Positions 37,482 to 47,807 of a DNA stretch of 64,000 bases are shown here, in pieces. Where the stretch lies: IMG/VR virus record IMGVR_UViG_2609460327_000001, positions 1 to 64,000 of that record; one strand, given 5' to 3'. This DNA comes from a virus (taxonomy: Duplodnaviria > Caudoviricetes). The notes under the pieces are model-generated. The model was not told the DNA's origin, ran no database searches, and saw nothing but the letters and a program-made list of their open reading frames with translations. Position 1 is the stretch's first letter; each line of letters opens with the position of its first letter. The position numbers were made by a program, and so were the translations under genes.

Positions 37482-37823
37482 TCATACCAGTAGCTCCATA
37501 TCATAGGCAACAACTGAAAACTCTTTTTTAGGCAGCTTATCGATTACGTTTAAAATTCCGTCAATACACAGGTAGCTGCCAACTTCGATGATATCTTTGA
37601 AATTCTGATATACATCATCAGCGATAATCACTCGGATCTCACCTATGTAGTCGTCAATAACAAATGATCGAATCGAAGATTCATTATCGAAAATAGGTAA
37701 TAAAGGCGTCAAACTGACAGAAGTAATTTTGCCAGCAATCTTAACTTCACTGAGGTACTCACCGTCTTTTAATTGTTCAGAAAAATGCGTAACCACAGAC
37801 TGTATCTTATTAATTGTTGCCAT
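37482..37823 (-). CDS. Stand-alone OB-fold protein (DnaE C-terminal OB-like)
   Basis: VKIAGKI..FVIDDYIGEIRVII..Y..IEVG..IDG pattern. Confidence 0.65.
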   Translation of the reverse strand: MATINKIQSVVTHFSEQLKDGEYLSEVKIAGKITSVSLTPLLPIFDNESSIRSFVIDDYIGEIRVIIADDVYQNFKDIIEVGSYLCIDGILNVIDKLPKKEFSVVAYDMELLV

Positions 37824-38046
37824 GCAATCTCACCTGCTCGTTGTATGTTTTCCATGCTTCGTCAAGCAGATCATTCAATTCATCTTCGCGAATGATTCCT
37901 CGTTTAATGAGAACGTTGAGTAATACATTGCTGATTACATAAGAAGATTGAAGCAGATCTTCTCTTCTAAGAGATACGAAAGGTTTCTCTTCTCTTGATG
38001 CAGGTATAAGATTGTCAAACAAATCACCCTGTCCATCTATAGGCAT
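37810..38046 (-). CDS. Hypothetical protein
   Basis: GAGGAGG RBS; QGDLF motif. Confidence 0.65.
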   Translation of the reverse strand: MPIDGQGDLFDNLIPASREEKPFVSLRREDLLQSSYVISNVLLNVLIKRGIIREDELNDLLDEAWKTYNEQVRLHGNN

Positions 38047-38094
38047 GTTAGTTCCTCCTCGGGCAGATCGCCCTCTCCTCATAATTTGCAGTGA

Positions 38095-38817
38095 TTATAA
38101 TTTCTCTGGTGTAGAGATAATCCTCACCTTGACTTCGTGCTTTCCGTATCTAGTACGGTCAGAAGCATCGGGCACATAGATATCAATTTTGTGGCCTTTA
38201 ATAGCCCCACCAGTATCGTCAGCGCGCCGCTTCTCTACTCTGCCGTCTGGATACATGACTTCGACCCACGATCCAATTGGGATCAATCTCGGGTCTACTG
38301 CAATCGTAACACCAGCCTCTACTTTCCGACCGGAGAATGTCACTCCATAAGCCGGATGGCCGGGTCCCTTACCTGTAGATGCCTCGTTTGCATCATAGTA
38401 CGTGGCAATGTAAGACGAACCGGTGCCTTCATCCCAATTCAGTTGCCTGGTCTGGGAATTAGCACTTTGCTTTGCTTGTTCTTTTTCGCTCGAAAGCTTC
38501 TCAATTTTCTGAGTGAACAAACGATTTTGCACTTCCAGCTGCTCCTTGAACTGCTCATTTTCTTCTGCTCTTTTTTCCTTAACGGTATTGAGCTGATAGG
38601 CCAATTCATTGTTCTGCTTTTTCAAAATTTCCTGATCGTTCAGCACCTCCTGCTGAGTGTCGATCAGAAGCTTCTGGTTAGCTACAGTCTGGTTTAAGTC
38701 ATGTATCGTGTTTCTCTTTTCTTGCAAGCTACTATCCGCTCTTTGAACGCTAGTAACAAGTGCGGCAGCAAGTAGGACATTAATGACGCCCATCGTATAA
38801 AAATTACGATGTTTCAT
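38095..38817 (-). CDS. Exported coiled-coil plus 3D-domain cell-wall protein
   Basis: Signal/TM segment; ATYY, IAVDPRLIP.GS and DTGGAIKG.KIDIY motifs. Confidence 0.9.
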   Translation of the reverse strand: MKHRNFYTMGVINVLLAAALVTSVQRADSSLQEKRNTIHDLNQTVANQKLLIDTQQEVLNDQEILKKQNNELAYQLNTVKEKRAEENEQFKEQLEVQNRLFTQKIEKLSSEKEQAKQSANSQTRQLNWDEGTGSSYIATYYDANEASTGKGPGHPAYGVTFSGRKVEAGVTIAVDPRLIPIGSWVEVMYPDGRVEKRRADDTGGAIKGHKIDIYVPDASDRTRYGKHEVKVRIISTPEKL

Positions 38818-38878
38818 TCTGTTTCCACCTCGCTTTGTTCGGTTGTCGTAAGATATCATAGCATTATACCCCATGTTT

Positions 38879-38927
38879 TGCAATGCATTACAAAATAAAA
38901 GTACTACATATAATGTAATGCGTTACA
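38879..38927. promoter_or_regulatory. Two 14-bp operators at the 3D-gene promoter
   Basis: TGCAATGCATTACA (38879) and TGTAATGCGTTACA (38914); TTGCAA-17-TATGAT on the minus strand. Confidence 0.6.
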
Positions 38928-39011
38928 ATATAGGCGATAATCTTGGAGATATTAGGTTGTGATATTAGAATAGGTCAAAAATGCTCTGTTATACGAATTA
39001 ATATTACAGAT

Positions 39012-40229
39012 TTAAACAAGATCCTCCACTTGCTGAAGGCTTGAGGACTTTGTGTGTTTTGTTGTCACCCAAACTTTCTTAGAAAAAGTCAAGAATGACC
39101 AAAAATAAAGCGGAATATTAGATAGGCTAATTAGGTTTAAATAGAAGTAAGCCTTAAAGGTATTCACCTTATGTTTTGCATCCTTTAATGAGATATGGAT
39201 ATACATAAAATTAGAAAGAAGCATAAATGTGTAAACCCACATAGGAATAATCGTATCGTATAAAGTGTGGCCAAAAACCAAAGCTATATAGAAAAATGAA
39301 GACATGATAAAAGCGGCAGCAATTCTTCCTGGATTAAGCAGATAAAGAACGCTGTCAAATGCAGATAGGTCTCCCTTTATGAATGCTCTTTTAAGCAGGG
39401 GGGCAGTATATTTAAAGCATACATCCCAATGCCCTCTCGACCAGCGAAGACGCTGAATACAGCTGTCTTTAAAGCCAGTAGGCTTCTCGTCGTATACTTT
39501 AGCATGGTGGCACCACGTTGTTTTCACGCCTCTAAGGAGAGCCTGCATTGTAAATTCTAGGTCTTCAGTCAAGCTCTTAGCTGTCCAGCCTACTTCACGA
39601 AATACGTTCATCTCTACACAGAATCCAGTGCCGCCGATCACGTTACTGAGTCCAAGACGTGATTTGGCCAATTGCCATGATCTGTTCATTACACGAAAGC
39701 TTGTATCGAATGCGATCGTTACAAAGTTGTCTGTAGGATTTTTCGTGTCTATGTAGCATTGAACGATTTTCTCTCCAGCACAAAGGTGATTGTTCATTTG
39801 TTCAAGATAATTTCTCGAAACAAGATTGTCTGCATCAAATACACAGATTGCATCATACTGATTCAGATCGACTGTTTCAATCGCATAACGAATAGCATAG
39901 GGCTTTCCTTTTTTCTCCCCTGGGAGATAAAAATGCTCAAGGACCATTACATCCTTGGATCTACCTATCTCTGCTGTGTTGTCTTGACAGTTGTCAGCAA
40001 TTAAGCAGATATCATATAGATGATCAGGATAGTCTATTTGCTTAAGATTTTCCAAGATGTCAGATATGACAGCCGCCTCGTTATTCGCAGGAATTAGAAG
40101 CAAAAATCGGTTTTCAGGCGCATGATTCGCTAACTTCTTTGCTTTGCCGAAGCCGAATAGACCAATGACAAACCAATAGCTTAACCAAAGGAAAATGACA
40201 ATCTGCATCACTTCGAAAAAAGTCTTCAA
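39012..40229 (-). CDS. Membrane GT2 glycosyltransferase (processive type)
   Basis: IPANNE, DNCQD, FDADN, TED and QRLRW motifs; TM helices. Confidence 0.9.
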   Translation of the reverse strand: MKTFFEVMQIVIFLWLSYWFVIGLFGFGKAKKLANHAPENRFLLLIPANNEAAVISDILENLKQIDYPDHLYDICLIADNCQDNTAEIGRSKDVMVLEHFYLPGEKKGKPYAIRYAIETVDLNQYDAICVFDADNLVSRNYLEQMNNHLCAGEKIVQCYIDTKNPTDNFVTIAFDTSFRVMNRSWQLAKSRLGLSNVIGGTGFCVEMNVFREVGWTAKSLTEDLEFTMQALLRGVKTTWCHHAKVYDEKPTGFKDSCIQRLRWSRGHWDVCFKYTAPLLKRAFIKGDLSAFDSVLYLLNPGRIAAAFIMSSFFYIALVFGHTLYDTIIPMWVYTFMLLSNFMYIHISLKDAKHKVNTFKAYFYLNLISLSNIPLYFWSFLTFSKKVWVTTKHTKSSSLQQVEDLV

Positions 40230-40264
40230 TGAACTAACCTCCGTTGTTATAAGAATTGAGAAAT

Positions 40265-40305
40265 AAAAAAGCCGGCAGCCCTCAAAATGAGAGCCACCGG
40301 CTTTT
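40265..40305. terminator. Bidirectional intrinsic terminator
   Basis: AAAAAAGCCGG...CCGGCTTTTT. Confidence 0.7.
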
Positions 40306-40313
40306 ATTGTGTA

Positions 40314-41129
40314 TTATGCTGTAACTAAACGGACATTTTCTGCTAAAGCGAATTGTCCTGCAGTAATATATTCAGAGCGTGTTGATAATAGTCTTGCGTT
40401 GAAATTTGTTACATGACTGATAAGAGTGCGTGAGCCTAATATGTTATTTAGATAGCCAGCCATAACGAGAGCTGCCATTTCATTTGTCATCATGCGCTGC
40501 GGTTGATTAGCCACAATATCCCCGCAGGACTCTGTAGGGAGCTTTGATTCCGTATCTGTTAAGATATCTTCATATAGATCTCCAACCGGCTGTAGCACTA
40601 CTTTTCCGCTTAATTTAAGACCGCAAACAATCTGTCCAGAATATCCTGAAGCTGGATCATCTTCATCGTAAGGATCAATTCCACTATCAATGTAGATAAT
40701 ATCGCCTGTGCAGCTATGAAAGTATTCATGCATGATCTTGCGTGTTGCATGATTATCAACACAGCCGATAAGAATCTTTACCCGATGACCCCCAATGCTA
40801 AATGCTTCTTCAATACTTTGAATAGATTCAATGTACTCATCCTTATAATGAATCGGAAAGTCATAAACATTCCCATAACGATCAGCTAACACTTGAGACT
40901 TTACAAAACCAATATCTTCTTCGATGCATGGTTGCCGCAGGAGATTCTTCTCTTCAAATCGATCCCCATCAATAAGCGTATAAGTAAAGCGAAAAACTGG
41001 ATTCGTCTGCAGGAAAGATTTAAGCATTTTTGAAAGACGCTGGGTTAAATATCCTCCATTACCTCCGACGCCAATCTGAACAATAGAAAATCCTGATAAA
41101 GAATCAGCTACATTGATTTCCTTGATCAT
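40314..41129 (-). CDS. ThiF/E1-like adenylyltransferase (PRTRC type)
   Basis: GVGGNGG, DGDRFEEKNLLRQ, GCVDN and SCG motifs. Confidence 0.88.
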   Translation of the reverse strand: MIKEINVADSLSGFSIVQIGVGGNGGYLTQRLSKMLKSFLQTNPVFRFTYTLIDGDRFEEKNLLRQPCIEEDIGFVKSQVLADRYGNVYDFPIHYKDEYIESIQSIEEAFSIGGHRVKILIGCVDNHATRKIMHEYFHSCTGDIIYIDSGIDPYDEDDPASGYSGQIVCGLKLSGKVVLQPVGDLYEDILTDTESKLPTESCGDIVANQPQRMMTNEMAALVMAGYLNNILGSRTLISHVTNFNARLLSTRSEYITAGQFALAENVRLVTA

Positions 41130-41136
41130 AATATAA

Positions 41137-41562
41137 TCACCCCTTTTTCGGTGCTTTGGTTACATTTGGAATGATATATTTCTGCTCCTTATCAATCATC
41201 ATTTCAGTGCGGTCTTTAGAAAATTGAGGATACTCCATTTCCAAGTACTGTCGCACTTTTTCCAATGTTAATCCGTCTTCTGGAACGGGAATGCGCTTAT
41301 CGTAAACGAGACATACCCAATTCGTATCATATTTGACAGGATCAGTCGGTGATGGCTTTGTAGCATTGACTTTAGGCTTTGAAGATTTTGATTTTGGAGT
41401 TGCTGCAGCAATAGGCTCACCAAAGAGATCATACTCAACATTAGCGTCTTTGCTTTCTGCCTCGTCTTCTGGTTCTTCTGGCTCCACTGATTTCATCATA
41501 TAATCGAGCTGCTTTTGTTTTTCTAATTCCTCATTGTTTTCTTGCTCTTGAATAAAATCCAT
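41137..41562 (-). CDS. Ubiquitin-like protein (PRTRC protein C type) with acidic N-terminal extension
   Basis: LTLEKVRQYL..YPQF..; ends in KKG. Confidence 0.65.
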   Translation of the reverse strand: MDFIQEQENNEELEKQKQLDYMMKSVEPEEPEDEAESKDANVEYDLFGEPIAAATPKSKSSKPKVNATKPSPTDPVKYDTNWVCLVYDKRIPVPEDGLTLEKVRQYLEMEYPQFSKDRTEMMIDKEQKYIIPNVTKAPKKG

Positions 41563-41573
41563 GATAATTCCTC

Positions 41574-42251
41574 CTAGTTGTTATTAATAAATAATCTAGA
41601 CCAATCACCAAATGTCGTATTCATTGGTGTTAGGATATCGTAATCAAATGGCTTGTTTTTAAACATGTCAAAGACATTATACAAGGTGTCTTTAATTTTG
41701 TTGGTTTCTCCGGAAAAATAAATATGATCATTATTAGGCACTTCACGCCATTGATAAGGGAATGTCTGCAACTGCACAAGATCATGAACCAACTCATTAG
41801 TCCAGTAGCAGAGCTTTCCACTATCGTAAACATTAGAATAAGGGAATCGGTATAGCTCAGACGTGTCTCTAAGGCTTAAGTCTTTATAAGCTGCAACATA
41901 TGCCGATATGAGTGTTTTACCAGCAACAGCAAAAGCAAAAACCATTTTTGGATATGGTATCGATTCGAAACTAAAATCATGATATTTAACATCATGGGTA
42001 GTTTCTTCTACTGTAATAAATAAATAGTTTGTTCCTTTTTCAGATTGAGCATATTTGGCTGTGTTTTGTGGAAGCGCAGGAGAAGTAAGAACCACTCTAT
42101 CAGATGTAAATTCTTTCCCTCCTGTTGATGATTGAAGCATATCAATAATTTGATCCGCATAAACATATTTCGTCGTTTTAACTCCATTATCTTCAATAAT
42201 TAAAAGCGGCATCTTTTCAGGATGAAGCTCGATCTTGACTGACATTTCCAT
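41574..42251 (-). CDS. Prokaryotic E2 family D (PRTRC protein B type)
   Basis: PYPKMVF..LYRFPYSNVYDSGKLC. Confidence 0.75.
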   Translation of the reverse strand: MEMSVKIELHPEKMPLLIIEDNGVKTTKYVYADQIIDMLQSSTGGKEFTSDRVVLTSPALPQNTAKYAQSEKGTNYLFITVEETTHDVKYHDFSFESIPYPKMVFAFAVAGKTLISAYVAAYKDLSLRDTSELYRFPYSNVYDSGKLCYWTNELVHDLVQLQTFPYQWREVPNNDHIYFSGETNKIKDTLYNVFDMFKNKPFDYDILTPMNTTFGDWSRLFINNN

Positions 42252-42744
42252 TGCCTCCTTCTGTTAAATATGGCTTTATTTCTTTAAGTAAGTTCATAAA
42301 ATTTATAGCACCCAACCCCACACCAACAAAATAATAATATTTAATATGCAATATATCTTCTTGTTCGATTTCCCACGAGGCATCAAAATCAAAACCTGAA
42401 ATATCATCAAGAATATCTTCAAACTTCTTTTTGATGGGAGCTAGTATTTTTAATTCTGTTTCTGTTAAATCTTCACGAAAATAAAACTCGATTCTCGCAA
42501 TTGTATCTTCATGATCATCATCGGAATAGCCAAATACTGCTCCGTAGGGAAATATAAGATCGTGAAGAGTTAGGCGAAATAATGTTTGAACTAATCCATC
42601 ACCAGGCTGAGTTGTTAAGTTATTAAATTCCGATGAAGTTTCAAAATTATTAATCCTTCGAATTTTCAAGAGTGCAAGAATATCTAATTGATTAAGCCAA
42701 TAATCACGTTCTTCAGCTCCGAACAAAGGGGTAACTTCGTGCAT
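42217..42744 (-). CDS. Hypothetical protein
   Basis: GAGGTG RBS, co-transcribed with the E2 gene. Confidence 0.65.
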   Translation of the reverse strand: MHEVTPLFGAEERDYWLNQLDILALLKIRRINNFETSSEFNNLTTQPGDGLVQTLFRLTLHDLIFPYGAVFGYSDDDHEDTIARIEFYFREDLTETELKILAPIKKKFEDILDDISGFDFDASWEIEQEDILHIKYYYFVGVGLGAINFMNLLKEIKPYLTEGGNGNVSQDRASS

Positions 42745-42758
42745 GGATCACACCTCTA

Positions 42759-43100
42759 TTAAAAAAATTTTACTGGTTGTCGAACTCGCTGCATCTTTTT
42801 TAGCTCAAATATAAATTCGCGCATATATACATGTTGATAAATACTGTCTCTCAGCATATTGGGAGTATACTCCTCCCCATCTTCAAGGGTGGCAGTATAA
42901 TTAATCTCTTCGAATAGTCGTTTAATGCCTTCAAAGCTAATGTTATCAAGCTGCTCATCAGATACTGAGTTGTTATTAAAAATGACATTTGCAACTTTCA
43001 ATTCTTCTTCTTGATACTGGATATTATTGCTATTAATTGACTGAGTAGATAATGCGATTTCTAGTACACTACTATAATTAAAAAATTGTTCTTTAGGCAT
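42759..43100 (-). CDS. Hypothetical protein
   Basis: TAATG coupling. Confidence 0.65.
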   Translation of the reverse strand: MPKEQFFNYSSVLEIALSTQSINSNNIQYQEEELKVANVIFNNNSVSDEQLDNISFEGIKRLFEEINYTATLEDGEEYTPNMLRDSIYQHVYMREFIFELKKMQRVRQPVKFF

Positions 43101-43447
43101 TAGATCAACCCCCTGTTTTTTGCTTCTTCAATCATCAATAAATAAGTTTTGGATTTGCGAAGATATTCAGCAATAACATCCATCCTTATATTTTTAGCTT
43201 TATTGCGCCTGTATTTTTTACTCATAATTTGAGAAGCAAGCTCGCGAAGATCAATATCCTGCACTCTTCTTTCAGTTAGGCGAATACAATTTAAAAGATG
43301 ACTATCTGTCATATTGGCAGGCCGAATAACTAACCCCTTTTCTGTAGTCCAGAAGCCAATGAAATCCCCATTTTTAGCCTTCTGCAAATTGATTGAAGCC
43401 TGAAACTCACCGGGGTCTCGATAATGATAGGCTGTCATTAATTCCAT
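43100..43447 (-). CDS. Hypothetical protein with MELMTAY N-terminus
   Basis: WTT..G....NMTDSHLLNCI pattern. Confidence 0.7.
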   Translation of the reverse strand: MELMTAYHYRDPGEFQASINLQKAKNGDFIGFWTTEKGLVIRPANMTDSHLLNCIRLTERRVQDIDLRELASQIMSKKYRRNKAKNIRMDVIAEYLRKSKTYLLMIEEAKNRGLI

Positions 43448-43490
43448 GAATGTTCACCCCAATAAACATTAATTTCAAAAGAGATAATTT

Positions 43491-44306
43491 TTATGTGTTG
43501 AATATAGATTCGTATCGTTGCTGATCGTGGTACTTCTTCATCAAGTTATTAAGATCAAGCTGGGCTTCAATTTCTAAAAGCAAATCATTGTCATGACAAC
43601 TTGATCTCGAATATGATCCTCCACTGTAATTAATATAAGAAATGTCTGGGTTCTGATACTCACCTTTCAAATCACTTGAGCTGGAATTTATCCAAGAACT
43701 AAAATTTACTTTGAACTTCGGCTTATATGTATAGAATTTGCCGATGCCAAGAGGCGATTTTGTAATCCGCCCGAACCTTTTTTCACATATGGTATCAATA
43801 GGTTCTCCCCAGGTAGATGAGACCCATAAATGACCTCGATCCCCAAAATTCTTAAATATATGAGTTAATCGGTGCTTATGGATAACCTTTGGCCATATAT
43901 GTTTGCGAACATAGCTAGTCTTCTCAAATTTAATAACTTCACGGACAATTATCTTTCTAGCCTGCTGCTTAGTAACACCACTTGTTTTGCAAAGCACATG
44001 CACTTGGCCATGCTGATTAAACTGTAGATGCAGGTCATAAAGAGAGCGCCAGACTCTACGCTTCTGGCGCTTATCATAGTAGTGAACCCGCTTATGATCA
44101 AGACGACCGGTGTAATTATACAAGTTATAAAAAGTATCGGGCTCGACCTTAAAGCTATAGTTTCCATCAGGAATAAATTCTTCACCCCAATAATCTGACC
44201 TGCCCATTGCTTCTAAGTGAATCAATTGGTGAGCGAAGTAAACCTTCTCTTTTTCAGGCCCATATAAATATGGGACCTTCTTTACAACAACCGGCATTCC
44301 TTTCAT
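43491..44306 (-). CDS. Hypothetical basic protein
   Basis: 271 aa, GGAGG RBS. Confidence 0.7.
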   Translation of the reverse strand: MKGMPVVVKKVPYLYGPEKEKVYFAHQLIHLEAMGRSDYWGEEFIPDGNYSFKVEPDTFYNLYNYTGRLDHKRVHYYDKRQKRRVWRSLYDLHLQFNQHGQVHVLCKTSGVTKQQARKIIVREVIKFEKTSYVRKHIWPKVIHKHRLTHIFKNFGDRGHLWVSSTWGEPIDTICEKRFGRITKSPLGIGKFYTYKPKFKVNFSSWINSSSSDLKGEYQNPDISYINYSGGSYSRSSCHDNDLLLEIEAQLDLNNLMKKYHDQQRYESIFNT

Positions 44307-44317
44307 AAAGATTCCTC

Positions 44318-46192
44318 CTAACCTCCAACAGTTACAAGACCCTGAGAAGATTTTTTTCTTTCCTTGATCATGTTTTCCATTGCAAGCTTGCTTATGTTCT
44401 TTGATGAGGCGGTTGACTTGCCGCCATCAATAACTGTATTGGCCATCGATGATTTACGCTCGAGAATATTCAGCAGATGCTCGTCGTATCCGTTATTCAT
44501 GATCAAATAATAGATGTTGATGTTGCTAAACTTATTGCCTGTGCGATCAATGCGGCCATTCCGCTGCTCAACTAAAGTAGGATCCCAAGGCAAGTCAGCA
44601 TGAATCATATAGTTGGCAACCTGCAAATTCAGTCCAGTGCTTCCAGCATCGGTACACACAATGGCCTTAATGTTCGGATTATTAACGAATTGCTCTTTAG
44701 CAAATTCCTTCGCGTTGTCATTCATCTTTCCATGGAATACCACCGATTGCTTGAGCTTGCTATGAATAAGCTCAGCCATACGAGCAAACTGAGTGAATAT
44801 AACAACCTTAGACTTTGGCTCATCATAAAGCATTTGCTCATAGAACTGAACAATATGATCCACCTTTGGTGATTTAAGGTCTTTCTCGGACAAAGAGATA
44901 TCCTTCAGTATGCCTTGCGCCATGGATGAATCGGACATTGTAAGAAGCTGCGGAGAATCACAAGCACTCAGCATAAATATTTGATAGCCTTGAGCTAATG
45001 CATCGTAATATTCCTTCGCCTCCTCTTTAGACATGCTTTTGCCGGCGATAAAATGATACTGATCCGGGCTAGAGGAAATCTTCTTAGCTGTCTCTTTAAC
45101 TTCCATGTACTTATCCAGAAGATAATCATGAAGTTGTGCTTGCTTATCGGTCATATCAAGGAAGATTGGATCATCTGTAACTTTAGGCAATTGCTGTTGT
45201 ACTTCTGGGTTCTCTTTCGTTCTCCGTATAAAGTAAGGCGCAATGCGATAATAAAGTTCTCCAAGCTCTTTGTAGCCTGTAATCCCATATCGCTTGCTAT
45301 ACTCGCAGTATCTTTCACGAAAAGCATACCAATCACCGAGTATATGTTCATTAACGAAGTAGAACAGACTCCACACCTCTTCTGCTTTACCCTGCATAGG
45401 TGTAGCAGTAGCAATAAACCGATGAGGAATATATTTTAGCTCATAAGTGGCGGAAGCTATCTGGCTTGGCTTGAGATCCAAAAAGGTATCTGTTACACCA
45501 TTCTTTATTTTTTGAGCCTCATCTAATCCAACGGCATCAAAAGGAATACTAGTAATAAGTTTGCGAAGTTTTTCATCCCGCAGGATTTCATAGTTGATCA
45601 CCAAATATTGTGTCTTCTTATGTGAAGCGAAGCCACGTATGAGCTTCTCTCTCTGCTTGGATGTGCCTGTTACTGGAATAGCTGGCTTACCCGTAAACTT
45701 CTCAATTTCCTTAGCCCATTGCCTCTTAAGAGAATTAAGTGTGACGATCAGTCCGCGCTTGCCACCACGTTCAAAAATTTTCTCAAAAGCGCCGATCAAT
45801 TGCGGAGTCTTGCCAAGACCGCAACCATCAAAAACGGCAGCGGATCCTCGATCAAGAAGAAAGTTTGCACCCACTTTTTGATATGGATATAGCAACAGCT
45901 TAAATTTCTTGAACTCTGTTTCGGATTCCCATTGTAAGTGCTTCTGTACAATCTCGTCATAGATGTCTAATCCAGCAACGATTTCGTTAAGCGGGGTCAT
46001 CCAGATAATCTGATTGTTAAAATTAAACAAAAGAGCACCAACATTGTCACGGGAGATCATCCACTCGCCAGTTTCCATGTTGAACGCACGTCCAGGCAAA
46101 GATCGAACTCTGGACAAAGTATATTCGAATGTATCTATGTTATCCAATATTTTAATATATACGTTATCGTATTGGCTGCGCACTTGTATCAA
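44318..46192 (-). CDS. SNF2-family helicase/translocase with HARP-like N-terminus
   Basis: LYPYQ, GLGKT, DEAQKIKN, TATP, GLNLQ and QRNGRIDR motifs. Confidence 0.92.
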   Translation of the reverse strand: MIQVRSQYDNVYIKILDNIDTFEYTLSRVRSLPGRAFNMETGEWMISRDNVGALLFNFNNQIIWMTPLNEIVAGLDIYDEIVQKHLQWESETEFKKFKLLLYPYQKVGANFLLDRGSAAVFDGCGLGKTPQLIGAFEKIFERGGKRGLIVTLNSLKRQWAKEIEKFTGKPAIPVTGTSKQREKLIRGFASHKKTQYLVINYEILRDEKLRKLITSIPFDAVGLDEAQKIKNGVTDTFLDLKPSQIASATYELKYIPHRFIATATPMQGKAEEVWSLFYFVNEHILGDWYAFRERYCEYSKRYGITGYKELGELYYRIAPYFIRRTKENPEVQQQLPKVTDDPIFLDMTDKQAQLHDYLLDKYMEVKETAKKISSSPDQYHFIAGKSMSKEEAKEYYDALAQGYQIFMLSACDSPQLLTMSDSSMAQGILKDISLSEKDLKSPKVDHIVQFYEQMLYDEPKSKVVIFTQFARMAELIHSKLKQSVVFHGKMNDNAKEFAKEQFVNNPNIKAIVCTDAGSTGLNLQVANYMIHADLPWDPTLVEQRNGRIDRTGNKFSNINIYYLIMNNGYDEHLLNILERKSSMANTVIDGGKSTASSKNISKLAMENMIKERKKSSQGLVTVGG

Positions 46193-46321
46193 GAGGAAAC
46201 CTCCCTTCTATCCTACATTATATCACGTTAACCCATTGTTCAATACTATTTTAAACAATTAGGCACTGCATGCAAGGCCCGATTTTAAATAATCATCGGA
46301 ACCCTGAGTTGCAATGTCTAG

Positions 46322-47329
46322 TTAGAAAATTTGCTTTCCTGCAGAATCAACCGGAGCACCCCACTGCATAGACTGCGCCTGAAAGCTATTTGGGGATGCA
46401 GAGCCTTGTGGTTGAGCCTGTGGCGCTTGCGAAGACGACTGCTGACCAAAGAGTGGTTGAGCTGCAAAAGGATGCTGAGCGCTAAAAGCAGGAGGCTGAG
46501 AGCCGAATGTTTGGGATCCAAAGCCAAAAGATTGATGCTGAGACCGCTGATTCGATTGCTGATTCACAATTTGAAGAGCTTTTTCCATTGCAATTTCTAT
46601 AATGGTTTGCTCTTGAATGTAGGCAAGTGCCTTGTACTTATTTCGAACATCCTGCACGTATTCGAATGGGGACACATCCGGATGAACAAACGAAGTATTC
46701 GGAAGATTTCCTTGTTGTGCTATCGTCTTAATGTAAGGCGTTACTTGTCCATTAGCCCTATCTTGGTGAACCTGAAGCATGCGTCGTTTTTTCGGTGTGA
46801 GTGAAGCATTTTCTTCAGTAAATACATCTGTATTGCGATCCCAATGGTCCTCCATGCCGATTAAATAGCGACTACCTGGTGCTTTGTTGCTATCCACTAC
46901 TCGAAAATTGATGTTAAGCATATGTAGAGGAGATTTATCATGAGTAATTGTGAGTGAAATGGATACACTATTTTCATACTCTACTGCTGAGAACCGAGCG
47001 CCATGCAGTTCATAAGTGGCACGCTTGCGATTATTCCCTCCGATTTCAACCGAATCGCCATTCAGGAAGCGTTGATCAATGCCCATGATAGCCTGGTATA
47101 ATGAACCGAAATTAGCAATTCGAAGTGTCGTAAAGGCTTCTCTTCCGTCATATAAGCGCTCAGGACCATTGGTATTCAGTAGTTTTGGGTAATACGTCAA
47201 TGACCATCCTTTTGTAATGGATCCTTCAGCGATATCTTGCACCATTACAGGATAAGTGCCATTTCCAGTCATCATGCCGACTTCAACAGAAATTGCGTTT
47301 TGAATATCATTTTTGATTTTATCTAACAT
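46322..47329 (-). CDS. Hypothetical protein with a Q/S/P-rich tail
   Basis: 335 aa, GGAGG RBS. Confidence 0.75.
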   Translation of the reverse strand: MLDKIKNDIQNAISVEVGMMTGNGTYPVMVQDIAEGSITKGWSLTYYPKLLNTNGPERLYDGREAFTTLRIANFGSLYQAIMGIDQRFLNGDSVEIGGNNRKRATYELHGARFSAVEYENSVSISLTITHDKSPLHMLNINFRVVDSNKAPGSRYLIGMEDHWDRNTDVFTEENASLTPKKRRMLQVHQDRANGQVTPYIKTIAQQGNLPNTSFVHPDVSPFEYVQDVRNKYKALAYIQEQTIIEIAMEKALQIVNQQSNQRSQHQSFGFGSQTFGSQPPAFSAQHPFAAQPLFGQQSSSQAPQAQPQGSASPNSFQAQSMQWGAPVDSAGKQIF

Positions 47330-47471
47330 TAAAATTTCCTCCGATTGTTTTTAGGATTAGGTAGTTTTACTTGAGTCTTCCAAAAGTGATTGATCAGGGC
47401 AAATAAAATAACAGCGGGCAGTAGCCAAAACTGCCCTATAAGAACAAAGAAACCGAAAATGAAATACCAAA

Positions 47472-47753
47472 TCATAGAGCCACTTCTTCCTTGATTCGAT
47501 CGTAATGCAATACATTATGTGCTCTTCTTTCCTCCTGCAGAGCCAAATCATCAATAATAGCAAGCTTTGACATCGTCCACATAGCAAGAAGCGTGCTCTT
47601 AGAAGCGATCTGAGCTTCTACTTGATCAGAAAGCTCTTCTGAGGCAGCGCGAAGCGCCTCATATCTTTGCATTGGCGCAAGGGGCTTAACCGCCTCTGTT
47701 ATAGCATTTAAGGTACCTGCATTGACAATTTTATTAACGATATTGATAAGCAT
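47472..47753 (-). CDS. Hypothetical protein
   Basis: GGAGG RBS before ATG 47753. Confidence 0.65.
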   Translation of the reverse strand: MLINIVNKIVNAGTLNAITEAVKPLAPMQRYEALRAASEELSDQVEAQIASKSTLLAMWTMSKLAIIDDLALQEERRAHNVLHYDRIKEEVAL

Positions 47754-47779
47754 AAAAATTCCCTCCGTAAATTTAATTC

Positions 47780-47805
47780 TAAAAAGCCATAGGAGCGTAA
47801 GCGAC
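47780..47805 (-). repeat. Hairpin-box junction element, copy 5 (weak-stem subtype)
   Basis: GTCGC-TTAC-GCTCC-TATGGCTTTTTA. Confidence 0.7.
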
Positions 47806-47807
47806 AA

